Below the pieces are notes generated by a model that saw only the letters and a list, made by a program, of their open reading frames with translations, had not been told where the DNA came from and searched no databases. The translations under genes were made by a program, and so were the position numbers. 64,000 nt of DNA from Octopus sinensis (lineage: Eukaryota), in NCBI RefSeq assembly GCF_006345805.1, contig NC_043003.1:94240001-94304000 (forward strand), in the 5' to 3' direction. How positions within the stretch are numbered: the stretch's first letter is position 1; each line of letters opens with the position of its first letter. Positions 25,100 through 37,610 of this stretch are shown here, in pieces.

Positions 25100-25341
25100 T
25101 ATGAAGATACGGTGACACCTAGACCTGCTAACCGGATTGCCAGCAATGTACCATCCAACAACAAAGTTAGCAGATTAACAAGATCTCACGCCAATACAAT
25201 CACCACAACCGGAGATGGAAACAGTCCGGGGCCGGCGTCACAGAGAACGTAACCGAAGACCCCCAGTACCACTGCTAGAGATGATGAACAAACCAGGGTC
25301 ATAAACACAGGTAGAATGACCAGCCCCCGCACCATATATTA

Positions 25342-25575
25342 TCTATTTCTTTACTCCCCACAGGGGCCTAAACACAGAGAGGACAAACAAGGACAGACAA
25401 ACGGATTAAGTCGATTATATTGACCCCAGTGCGTAACTGGTACTTAATTTATCGACCCCGAAAGGATAAAAGGCAAAGTCGACCTCGGCGGAATTTGAAC
25501 TCAGAACATAACGGCAGGCGAAATGCAGAAAAGTATATCGCCCGGTGTGCTAACGTTTCTGATTGCTCGCCGCTT
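25342..25575 (-). mobile_element. SINE family B nested in the PLE
   Basis: Full copy; tatatta on both sides is a possible target-site duplication. Confidence 0.9.
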
Positions 25576-26091
25576 TATATTACCCCCATATATTACCACC
25601 AGTACAATCGTAATACCTAGAGATGATGACCAAACAATTATCATCAGCACCAATGGGATGACCGGCCCCGCACGATATGTTACCCTCTGCCGCACCCGCA
25701 CTACCACCGGTAGATACATCGTCAACCATATGACTAGTAGTAATAACCACGGTGATAACACCGCCGGATCATTGCGCCATATCGACTGCGTCAGTAATGT
25801 TGTTACCAACAGCATCCCAGGCCCGGAGCCTATCAGAGTTATACCAGGAGTGCGAATATAGCCACATCCCAAGTTTGTAAATATATCGGAGTGGCCAGTG
25901 CATGTTTCAAACGTCGCTTCCGCAACCACCAGTCATCCCCCCAGAATCCCAAAAAGACGGTTTGTTAGTCCCTGGCCCACCATGTGTGGCACCTAAAAGA
26001 TCAAGGGACCCCGTGTCATATCAGGTGGAAAATAATAAATCATCTAGAGCCATATATACTCTTTTACGTAGAGAGTTAAAATTTTTTGTCT

Positions 26092-26156
26092 ATAGGGTCT
26101 GACGAGCTGTCCACAAGGCTTTAGTTTTGTGAATACGAAATCTTCGGTAACTCTAT
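26092..26156 (+). ncRNA. Type I HHR with a canonical core at the PLE 3' end
   Basis: Stem I atagggt/actctat (7 bp); CTGACGA (26099-26105); long stem II; GAAA (26137-26140); short stem III; GTA triplet. Confidence 0.85.
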
Positions 26157-26204
26157 GTCCAAAATTTTAGTTTTTGTAATTATATATATATATATATATA
26201 TATA

Positions 26205-26615
26205 TCTTTATATATAAAAGTGAAGTTGTGTGTCTGTCTCCTACGATTTAGATTCCTAACTACTCCCACATTTTGCGGCGCAGTTTAACCAAAACCGGAT
26301 ATCTTATAGTCGTGATTCATATCGAGCCCTTCTGGGTATTATCGCGCGTCTACGATGAGTCTACGATTTTAAAAATAATTTACCATAATTTTTTTCCATT
26401 TTATTGCAATTTTCGCTATTATATAAGGGAAGTAACTCTCTAAAAATGTCTACGATGAGTCTACGATGAGTCAACGATTTAAAAAAAAATTTACCATGAT
26501 TTCTTTTCCATTTTTAATGCATTTTTTTTTTGCTATTTTTTGGCTATAACTCTCTAAAAATGCTTATATAGTTATTTCCCTTACAAACCCGAGCAACGCC
26601 GGGCGATACTGCTAG
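26205..26615 (+). mobile_element. Non-autonomous Helitron
   Basis: 5' TC; 3' hairpin cccgagcaacgccggg followed by CTAG; inserted between A and T with no target-site duplication. Confidence 0.8.
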
Positions 26616-27084
26616 TTATATATATATATATATTTGTAATATAATATGTGACAATTATTCGCACATATATTACAGATAAATTCCTCTGTTTACATAATAT
26701 CGGTCTCTTTCATTCTTTTGTTGTCATACTATTAATATTAATATATATATGCATATATATATATCAGACAACTGATATGAAGACATGTATTGGATTATGT
26801 GAATGAGAATCTAAAATCGCTATGCCAGTCACATAGCCTCCTTCCGACATAGGGGCAAAAATAAAGCTAAGTTGGTTAGCTATGTATGGACTTTCTGTTA
26901 TTCAATGCCTTTAGTACGTTATGATATGTGGTTTGCACATGAAGAATATATTTGTGTTTTCTCAACATATGACACTATTGGTAGCGCTTTAATACTTTTA
27001 TTAAGACCTTTAATAAAAAATGGCCGCAGTGAAATGACTGAAACAAGTAAAAGAATAAAAAGAGTACATATATGCATATATATA

Positions 27085-27139
<55 letters not shown>

Positions 27140-27151
27140 ATATATACATAC

Positions 27152-27182
<31 letters not shown>

Positions 27183-27189
27183 TATGTAG

Positions 27190-27231
<42 letters not shown>

Positions 27232-27274
27232 CATACATATATATATATATGTATATATATATATAATATATATG

Positions 27275-27323
<49 letters not shown>

Positions 27324-27563
27324 TATATATATGTTATATACATACATATACATACATATATATATATATATATGTATGTACAACATCTTACTTGTGAGAT
27401 TTTTGCTTTTTCACTTTCCCGAAGAGAAGATTGCATTGTTTATACCTTTTATTCTTTTGAATAAATATCAGTGGAATTTTTGAAACATATGTAGAAAGTA
27501 AAAATTACTTGTTTAAACCTGCGTTAACTCCATTTTTTATTCATATATATATATATATATATG

Positions 27564-27599
<36 letters not shown>

Positions 27600-27606
<7 letters not shown>

Positions 27607-27980
27607 AAATCCGTTCTATCTGTATTTGTGTGTTTTCTAGGATCTCGGGCATCCTCCATCCGATTGCGCTCAAATTTGATTTGTAGATATCAACGGTATC
27701 AGAGCGTGTATAAGTCTTGAAAAAATTACAAAAATCATTTCCAGGTGAGAATGCGATCGATAAAGCCGTGGGAACGTGCATTTGTTAACTTGTTTTTCTT
27801 GGAATAAAAAAAAGTCTATCTGTATTTCTTCTTTTGCTGGTGTCTCAAATTTAGGTTAAATCAGTGTTTCTCAGAGGGAAGGCCTATGGGACGGTCGGAC
27901 AAGTTGTTTTGAGAAAATTTGGTGTAAATCTTTGACAACTCAGCACCGTCCATTGGACGTGGGGCATTTTGCTTGTATAT
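27600..27980 (+). mobile_element. Helitron-like non-autonomous fragment (duplicated at about 28681-29060)
   Basis: Head with ccatccgattgcgctcaaatttg resembles the 47220 element head (tcaaccgattctgatgaaacttg). No CTAG end was seen. Confidence 0.4.
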
Positions 27981-28067
27981 GCATACATACATACATACAT
28001 ACATACATACATACATACATAATACATACATACATACATAACATACATACATACATACATACATACA

Positions 28068-28365
28068 TGGATTACTGTTACCATTCATCCGGAGTACGCC
28101 ACTGTAATCGTGATTGGAAATCAAAAAAATTTGTCCGTGACTCTTCCACTTTTTTCTCGTCCTCTTTTACCTTTCTTCTTCTACTTCCACTTTTCTACTT
28201 TTTCCTCTGTCTTCCCTTCTCTGGATCTTTCCTTTTCCTATGTTTCTGACGAAGAGCTCTGCTCGAAATGTTAAACCCTCCTTCTTCCCTTCCTTCCTGA
28301 GCGTCCAATAATACTATATTTGTTCCACGTCCTCGCGTTGTTGTGTTTTCATGTTTGGATTAACT
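28068..28365 (+). mobile_element. Family H repeat with the best-preserved minimal HHR (28242-28276); duplicate at 29148-29446
   Basis: gttt CTGACGA a gagc tct gctc GAAA tg TT aaac. Confidence 0.75.
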
Positions 28366-28384
28366 ATATATATATATATATATA

Positions 28385-28453
<69 letters not shown>

Positions 28454-29441
28454 GTATGTACAACATCTTACTTGTGAGATTTTTGCTTTTTCACTTTCCC
28501 GAAGAGAAGATTGCATTGTTTATACCTTTTATTCTTTTGAATAAATATCAGTGGAATTTTTGAAACATATGTAGAAAGTAAAAATTACTTGTTTAAACCT
28601 GCGTTAACTCCATTTTTTATTCATATATATATATATATATGTATGTATATATATATATATATATAATATATATATATATATAATATAAAATCCGTTCTAT
28701 CTGTATTTGTGTGTTTTCTAGGATCTCGGGCATCCTCCATCCGATTGCGCTCAATTTGATTTGTAGATATCAACGGTATCAGAGCGTGTATAAGTCTTGA
28801 AAAAATTACAAAAATCATTTCAGGTGAGAATGCGATCGATAAAGCCGTGGGAACGTGCATTTGTTAACTTGTTTTTCTTGGAATAAAAAAAAGTCTATCT
28901 GTATTTCTTCTTTTGCTGGTGTCTCAAATTTAGGTTAAATCAGTGTTTCTCAGAGGGAAGGCCTATGGGACGGTCGGACAAGTTGTTTTGAGAAAATTTG
29001 GTTGTAAATCTTTGACAACTCAGCACCGTCCATTGGACGTGGGGCATTTTGCTTGTATATGCATACATACATACCATACATACATACATACATACATACA
29101 TACATACATACATACATACATACATACATACATACATACATACATACATGGATTACTGTTACCATTCATCCGGAGTACGCCACTGTAATCGTGATTGGAA
29201 ATCAAAAAAATTTGTCCGTGACTCTTCCACTTTTTTCTCGTCCTCTTTTACCTTTCTTCTTCTACTTCCACTTTTCTACTTTTTCCTCTGTCTTCCCTTC
29301 TCTGGATCTTTCCTTTTCCTATGTTTCTGACGAAGAGCTCTGCTCGAAATGTTAAACCCTCCTTCTTCCCTTCCTTCCTGAGCGTCCAATAATACTATAT
29401 TTGTTCCACGTCCTCGCGTTGTTGTGTTTTCATGTTTGGAT

Positions 29442-29525
<84 letters not shown>

Positions 29526-30400
29526 TGTATGTATGTATGTATGCATGTATGTATGTATTATGTATGTATGTATGTATGTATGTATTCATGTATGCATGTA
29601 TAGTCTGAGAGAATAAAAGTGGCACACACTCAGAAATATATTTGTGGTTCTAAGCCATCCGTGTTTAATCTCTATGTTTTTTACTCAAACTTTCGGATGA
29701 TGCAAGTTTTACGTTTTCATATTCGCACGATCCTCTCGTACATTGTGATACTTAATCTATTGTTGCTTTGAGAATCATATCGACCAACACTTTTAAACCT
29801 AAATCTTTGCTTTCAAAAAGCTCCAGACCCATATATTTCTTTTTTTATTTCAGTGCGCATAATTTCTTATTTCTTCCATCTTGTACAATGTAATAAATAT
29901 GGTATCACTATGAAAGTGTACAGTTTCCAGGTTTCCTACAAACATTTATGATCAGACATATTTTGAATATCTGCACAAACCGATAAATATGGCCATATAA
30001 TTTTAAAAAATACAATAATAACAACATCACAAAAATGATATCGTCGAGAAAGCAAATGAATAATAAAACCATGTTATAGCTAAAAGCTCAAAGCAACTAA
30101 AAACAATTGTTATTCATTTTCGTTTAAACTTTCCATCATTATCTTCTGGAATACACCTAATAACTCGCACGTTACTATTGGAAACCGGTCAAGCTAAAAA
30201 ATGTTCACAATATGGTTTACACATACCTACGCATACACATATACATGCAGACAAAGAAATACACAAATATGTATATGCTTATATATTATATATAATAGAT
30301 GTATAAATTTATATATATCTTCGTATATGTATGTATGTATATATACATACACACGCACACATACACTCATATGTGCATATATTTATGTCTGCATTTATGC

Positions 30401-30455
<55 letters not shown>

Positions 30456-31199
30456 CATACATACATACATACATACATACATACATACATACATACATAC
30501 ATGCATACTTGGACACATGCAGGAATAAATTCAGACACCTACTCATTTATACCCACAAAGTGTTGAGGATGGAACACTTTAAGAATGAATCTATTATGGA
30601 GTTATTGTAAAGATAAAAATAATGGGATAATACAACGGAAAATAATCTTTGAAACGACATCTCTTTGAAGGACCTTAGACGTTTTTCATTTTATTTGATC
30701 TCCATAGAATGTGATAACGTTATTGCTATATTTCCATTTTTTTCTTCTTCCTTAACTAAAGCCTCTATCGTTGAATCCCATTAAGAATGATTTCAGTTTT
30801 ATTTTTTCTCTATCTACAGTTTACTTTCATCACAAATATAGTCTCCCGTCGTTGACATTAAATGGATATTTGACACTCTTACACTATTTTATGAATTTTT
30901 GTCTTTCTGTATTCTTCCTCTCTCAGTGTCTCCCTCTCTCTTTCACTTACTCTTTCTCAATCCTTCTTTACATTTGTCTTTGTGCCTATATGAATATATT
31001 TGTGATAGCTATCGTCAAAATATTCTGCAAATGATCGTCATCCTCCCCTATACCCCTTAAATTATAGCGACATACTTTAATATTTTCTCGGTTATATAAT
31101 TCGAGTCTTTGGCCTCATTTCTCTCATATTCTCTCTCTATCTATGCCCATATATTTGCGTAACACTTCAACTTGCATATATAAAACACCATTTTGTAGT

Positions 31200-31830
31200 G
31201 TGCTGCGTAGTGTCATTTAATGTTTTCATTTTCGTTTTGAATGTTCTTTTGCAATGGAATGACTTGACACAATATATGAGCAGGCAGTCCACACCAGTGC
31301 TAGTTATTGTTAGTTATGTTTGTGTGCAATTCTTGGAATTTAAACTATGTATTTTTGTTTCCCATATTTTTCCATTCTCCGTAAACCAGGTATTATTGCA
31401 ATTGGTTTCATATTCTGAATATCTTTATTTCTACATAGCAATACCTATTCACACCCGTTTGTTGTACATGTAAATACTCTTGGAACCAATGTCCATCGTT
31501 ATTCCTGCTCCAAAACTAGGTACCATATATTTTGCTATAACTGTCTTGTATAACTGTATATTTTGTATAACTGTCTTGTATAACTGTCTTCCCAGGGCTG
31601 CAATGTTGGCGTCTATATTCGCTTCAGAACCAGAGGTAAGGCCGTTGATGTAACTTGTTTCAACGCAAAATCGAAGGCCATCCAGACCCTTATTCGTGAG
31701 CTCTTTTAGGTTTACGATGTAGTTCCTGCTTAAACCACAGAAGACATTTAAGCTATATTGAACCTCATTTTCTAGAGTATGCGTTGCTTTTGAATTTATC
31801 ATGAGTCTGAAGAAGACAAACGTCATTCTC
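31200..31830 (-). mobile_element. Decayed LINE endonuclease-region fragment (probably RTE)
   Basis: The minus strand resembles the APE-domain segment DxNAx.G..FG.G..N..G..ITNTWF..DH. Heavily mutated. Confidence 0.45.
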
Positions 31831-31869
31831 TCTCTGCCTCCAAGCCAGACCTATGTTGAACCTAGCATC

Positions 31870-32640
31870 TTCGTCCAGAGTACAAGATAGGTGTAATTGA
31901 CTTTTTCGTCAATCGTGGCAGCACTCTCTAGAGATAGATCTCTTGATTCTGAAATAAAACGAGGATCGAAAAAAAAAAACAGCAAATCAGTTGGAAGGTT
32001 AGAAAATCGATCGTGGCCTGACAAGGTTATTATCAAAACCGAAATAAGCATCTATGAATTATGCGTCTTAACTGTCTTTTTGTACACTTCTGAGACTTGG
32101 GCTATATAGCGTCGTCACATCAAGGCTTTGGAAATGTTTCATCAAACTTGTCTTAGGAAGATCTTAAATATCAAATACCATGTCTGAGACTAGAGACTTG
32201 TTTTTCAGTAAGCGAAACATCCAGAATTGAAATGCTTCTCACACACAGTCAGATGTGTTACACTGGGCAACTTACTAAAATGCAGGTTACTTAAGCAGTT
32301 GTTACGGATGATTGTAACGTACTAAATGTCTGGAGCATAAACCTAAGATACACTTTTGGGATGCCAGCAAAGCAACATTAAGGATTTTAGTGTGTATATT
32401 AATGACTGGAAGTAGATGACGGGAAATCGATCCGTTTTGAAAGAGGTAATCTACAATGGTTGTAAAGAATTTGAAACACAGAGAACCGAACAATTCATCT
32501 TGAAATGCGTACTTCGTAAACAGGACTTAAATTTAACTCCATGCACTTTTCTGCCTGAAACTGTTTGTAATAGCTGCCGTAGAGTTTGTCTGTGCAAACT
32601 CAGACTTCCTACTTATATGAGATCTCATGAGAGTATTTAT
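31870..32640 (+). mobile_element. RTE-clade LINE 3' fragment (RT C-terminus plus C2H2-like end)
   Basis: SLDSEI..GRL..TEISIYELCVLTVFLYTSETWAI*RRHIKALEMFHQTCLRKILNIK; CNSCRRVC...MRSH. Confidence 0.85.
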
Positions 32641-33269
32641 AAATTGAAGAGATTGCTTTCTGCTGTAAAGAAGTGGCAATCACCACATGTTACTAAAAAC
32701 CTTCTGGATATTTTTTCGTATTATATTCTGCGCCTTGTGGCCGATCATCATCATCATCATCATCATCATTATCCTCTTTACACGAGGCACTTGCATCAAA
32801 ACCATATGTGCGCGACATGGTGTACTCATATAAAGATAAACAGCGCATGACTTTGCAGGTGGGGCCCAGTTAGAATTTTCTTCAGGCCGAGTAGCCCATC
32901 TCGCTCAAAAGGTCCCTGAATAAGGTTTGTTTAAAGATGTTGAACGAAACACACATATTTCCAAATGTGACTTATTCAAACCCCAAAGGATTCCTCTCAA
33001 AACATAGCTATGATGCTCCCCCACTACTTCTGCTTGTGACCAGAGATGCACATATCAGCAGCCACTAAAGGACATGTTCAATTGGTTATGGTCAAACAAC
33101 TGACAAGCAAATCTGTGGTATTGAGCAGAATATTTGCTGTAGCCCATCTTTTATACCAAGACAAAACAATGTACATGATAACACTTCCAATCAGTTAAGA
33201 TGAGAAGCCATGAGAGCCACTGCCTGGTACTTCTTTAGGGCAATTATTATTAGCAGTACTTCACCCGTT

Positions 33270-33380
33270 GTATGTTCTGAGTTCAAATTCCGTTGAGGCC
33301 GACTTTGCCTTTCATCCTTTGGGGTAGATAAATTAAGTACTAGTGAAACACTGGTGTCGATGTTAGCGACTAGTCACCCA
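33270..33380 (+). mobile_element. SINE family B fragment
   Basis: gttctgagttcaaattcc..gactttgcctttcatccttt. Confidence 0.75.
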
Positions 33381-33899
33381 CCTAAGTGTTAAAAGCCATT
33401 TAACAATTTGCAGTATAGAAAGCCCAAAGAGAAATGTAAGAAAGTACAACTCGTATAAGTTATTTGGCCTAAGACTCACCAAGCAGAAATTTGGAGTCCT
33501 AAAAATAGCCATTCCCGCTTTCATTGCCAAGAGCTAGCCAAGACATCCAGAAATTCCTTCGCTCACTCACAACTGAGTGAGACAATGAGAATCACTCAAA
33601 ACAATAGAAACAAAAAGCGAATGATATGATCTAGAAACACCCCCGAGCAACAGTATCACCACACATATTTACGAAAATGGCAGCGACACGAAAACCAAAA
33701 GCGTTCGGACGACATTTTCGCTAACAAAACAATCGAAATCTCGAAGTGGGATACAACTCATATGAAGACAAAACACTCTGCGCTGACGTAAAACACATCT
33801 CTTATGAACGGAAACAGGTCTCCAACGAGACAAGTCGGAAACGAATAAGAACTTCAGTGCTTCTTTCGAAAGCCTACAGTGACTCTCAGTGAAACAGTT

Positions 33900-34290
33900 A
33901 AGGCGGTTACAGCACCTGAGATACGGGTGGTAGGGAGCGCCTATGCAAGAAAGTAATCACCTGATTAGAAGTTCTTCCCTTCGAGTTTTAAGGTTATAAG
34001 CAAGACTTGCTTGCGCCTTGGAAACATTTATCGTAACTGGCTGTAACGTGGGTCAATTCTCAGCTCTGGGAGCCGAGGTATGTTAATGCAGCTGAGGAAG
34101 AACGCCAACAAAAAGAATATTATAATGTCCAGCTCATAACTCTGTTAAAGGTAGACTTTAAGATTTTAGCGAAAGTTTTATCAAATAGGTTGGTTCTTAT
34201 CTTCAGTGGTTTGGGTGGGAAAGCGCAAACAGATACCATCCCCATTAGAGCCATTCATGACATACTTCATATTATGAGACTAAACTAATG
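33900..34290 (+). mobile_element. L1/Tx1-clade RT fragment
   Basis: LPFEF; ITLLKVDFKILAKVLSNRL..AQT..IP.R.IHD.L (RT domains 0-2). Confidence 0.75.
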
Positions 34291-36223
34291 GGGGAACCTG
34301 GTTTTTGTTCCACGTAGTTGATGCACTTCACAATCATATCATTCTGGGTCGTTATGGCGCAATATCTACCATTGCTTCGAATGATTCCAAACATTGGTCA
34401 GAGAAATTGGGTTGAGTGAAACTTTGTGGAAGCCCATCATATTATATCACGTGATTGGTGGCAGACCGATCATACACCACCGCCTGGTTTTCTACAGTTC
34501 ATTTAAGAGATTTCACTATTTTCACATCACTCGAACCAGAAATCCAGTCCTATTTCTCGTTTCTCTTGCAGACATTGACCTGCAACTTATCACGCTGTGC
34601 ATCGGCAACATCAAACGTACCACTGTGAGAGGAAGGAAACTACTGCAAGTATCACGAGCATTGCCTCTCTCGTTATTAGATTATTATTATTAAAATATTC
34701 CTCTACCACCGGTACTCGACACACTGAATATTTCCAATATCGATTTATATACAACAGATACAACGCTTGTTGTTTTTCAGAGAAGAACTGTTTCCTGGTT
34801 TAATCTAACTGCAATACATTACAGGTATTCATTTCTCTCGATTTTTGATAGATAAAAAACAAGGTAGATGTCTTATGTAGAAGTGAATAAAATATAATGG
34901 AGAGTAATCTCATATTGCTAAAATTGGGGCTATGGTTAGTCAAAATAATCGATATTGATATCACAGGTATAATTTATCCATGAATATTGACCATGAGCAA
35001 TATAATCAATTTTTTTTATTGACTTTATGTTCTGATAAATTCCTGATGAAGTAACCCCATAGTAGCTCCATAGTTCGGTAGAATGCAGTCGTGTGATATT
35101 TCATAATTTTATATGTATTCTTGCAATGTTCGACTCTCTTAAATAAAAGAAGAGAATAAATGGAAATTTTAAAACGTTTTGCTTTTACATAAACTATTCA
35201 TTCTGTGCAAAGTTATAATATTTTTTTTCATTAGTATATACTCTGTTCAGGAATAAATGTCTCTTTTATTACAGTGATATCACGTGTTGGTAGCGTATAT
35301 TTTTTTGTCACAGTATCCAAATAATATTTACATATTACTTCGTTGAGCGCTTGTTATCATCAGCGTTCTTGTATTGATTTTTCTGGCGTCAACAAACGTA
35401 TCTTCTCTACAACGAGGAGCTACTATTTCACAGCTCTCCCGTCTAGTAGTAGTCCGAATTTTGCAGGTTCTTTACCGTGAACACACTGACAGAAGATTAC
35501 AACACGAACTGTTCTTGTAATTAATTAAAACATTACCTTATCATCATCATCATCATCATCATTATTATTATTACTACTATTATTAATATTTGTTTTCTTT
35601 TCACTCAGTTAATTCATTTTTGGAGACAGTGACACTGAAACAGTAGCTAAAGTATACTCGAACACAAACTTGCACATACAAATGCATAACATTCCTGACC
35701 ATATGACACTTTCCTTTTGTTCAAACTGAAAATCGTGTTTGCGTTTTCTTTTTTTTTTATTTATTTTCTTTTATTTTAAAATTACCTGTAGTGAGAGTAA
35801 TAACTATTCAATTAATTTCATGGAATAACAATTTAAGTAACTTCAAAGGAATGTTAGTTTCATATCTGATTTAGACTGTTATCATATAAGAGTTTAAAAC
35901 ACACACACACACATCCTTTTGTTTACTTTTTTCCGTGTTTGTTATCCATTGTGTGTTTATTAAGGAAAAACAAGAAAATAGGTAACAAGTGTTGATGACA
36001 TGCATAAACATGAAATATTAATTTTGTAATTGAAAAAATGTTATTATAAAATTAGCAAAATCTTACACTATCAATGCATGCTCTGCGTACATTCTGTCGC
36101 ATTATAAATGGATCTACACCTGAGTACATACGTACGCACACACACATACATATGAACACACTAATATACTTATACATACGTATATACACTTATATACACA
36201 TATATACACACACCTATATAAAC

Positions 36224-36258
<35 letters not shown>

Positions 36259-36309
36259 CGTATGTATTCATACCTACATGAATGCGTGTGTGTCAGAGGA
36301 GGAATAATC

Positions 36310-36760
36310 AAATGTTGATGACCCCTTCCCTCTGATTCTCAGAGTATACAACTACTTCGACCGATAACAATTACCTAGAAATCTGGCTGTACACAAAGAG
36401 ATTAAAATAAACAAATCCCACCAAATCCACAATCTCTCTTTCTCTTACCAATTCCAAAAAAGCCTTTTAAGTATTACCACCATACCACAGCAACATATCA
36501 CCAACATTAAAGATAAGATTCGTGCATCAGTAGCGCCCATCAAGGCACCAGGTTTTTTTAATATAAAATTAATAAGTACACGAATATTATTTTAGCTACA
36601 CTTTAGTTATGCCAGTGCAGCCTCTGCTTAAAACTTTTCGCTACATAACAGACTTAAAAGAATACATATAACACACTTTGGAACATTATAATATTTACAC
36701 AGACTTGATTCTCAGACCATCTATACAAAGAAATAGCACCACCTCAAAATAGCAACACCT
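36310..36760 (+). mobile_element. Possible old LINE RT C-terminal remnant
   Basis: NNYLEIWLY.K resembles YLG(I/V)xLD.KL in an A/C-rich context. Weak evidence. Confidence 0.25.
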
Positions 36761-37564
36761 GGACAGGTGAGGGCTCGGTTTGTTTGGGCAGCAAATTCAA
36801 TCCACGTTACTCGTGACAAAATACCAATATCACCCGCAAAAACTTAGGAGCACATACAACATCCAAGCACTTTAGTACAACACCATACTAATGACAAATA
36901 CTCCCTTAGGTAGTACTAAGGACATAACCTGAATAAACAAATACTCACAAAGATAGTAACAGCCTGAATGCCTTCATTAACCCGAAACATTACGTTGTGA
37001 TGGTTACCACCAAAATTAAGCGCAGAGAAACAATAACTGTTTTGTTAGACTGCCCCCACCTAACCTGGCTTTGTTGCAGGTCACTACTAGAATCTATACC
37101 CATACAAAAGTAAATAGAGAGACTAAACAGTCACCTCATGTAATAAATCACTGCTTGAATGTTAAGTATAGTCCTTAACAAGGCGAAGGCAGTGTGTATC
37201 CAGAGCACAAGGTCTATAAGCAGTACCTATTCATACTAGCGACTACCTATGTGTCATTACTGAATACAGCAACAATAAGTATAGCGATGTTAAGAAAGCA
37301 TAATACATAAATGTATATGTTTTAGTAATTAATTATTGAAGGAGCAGATAACAGATACAAGCACACTTACATACACTGTGTGCACAGGTGTGTGTGGGCG
37401 TATATGAGTTCATGTGTGATTGTAGTTAGGTGAGTGTGAAGAAGCTAAGTGCACGCTATAGATATGTGCATACGTGCATAAACATATTCATTATATGTAT
37501 ACACACGCGCGCGCGTATATATATTATATATATATATGTGTATGTATGTATGTATGTATGTATG

Positions 37565-37610
<46 letters not shown>

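Larger units (their letters stand above)
24740..26180 (+). mobile_element. Degenerate Naiad-type PLE 3' fragment (zinc finger, split GIY-YIG, HHR)
   Basis: ILDRELP; GCS*RVYNNCPVGDQCKTERVIYED (24907-24981); KYIGVASACFKRRFRNHQSS (from 25879); HVWHLKDQG..IRWKII. All align by eye to the PLE protein at 12618-13514. Confidence 0.85.
27365..29500 (+). repeat. Tandem duplication, two units of about 1.08 kb
   Basis: 27381 aligns to 28461. Junctions are in (TA)n. Differences are mostly single-base indels. Confidence 0.95.

Noticed and set aside
32770-33245. Higher-complexity block between (CAT)n and (ATT)n, probably an interspersed repeat
   Set aside because: It is single-copy in this window and has no diagnostic termini, so it cannot be classified.
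35043-35095. CTGATGA HHR core; similar isolated cores near 41772 and 19598
   Set aside because: No matching GAAA, stems or cleavage triplet.
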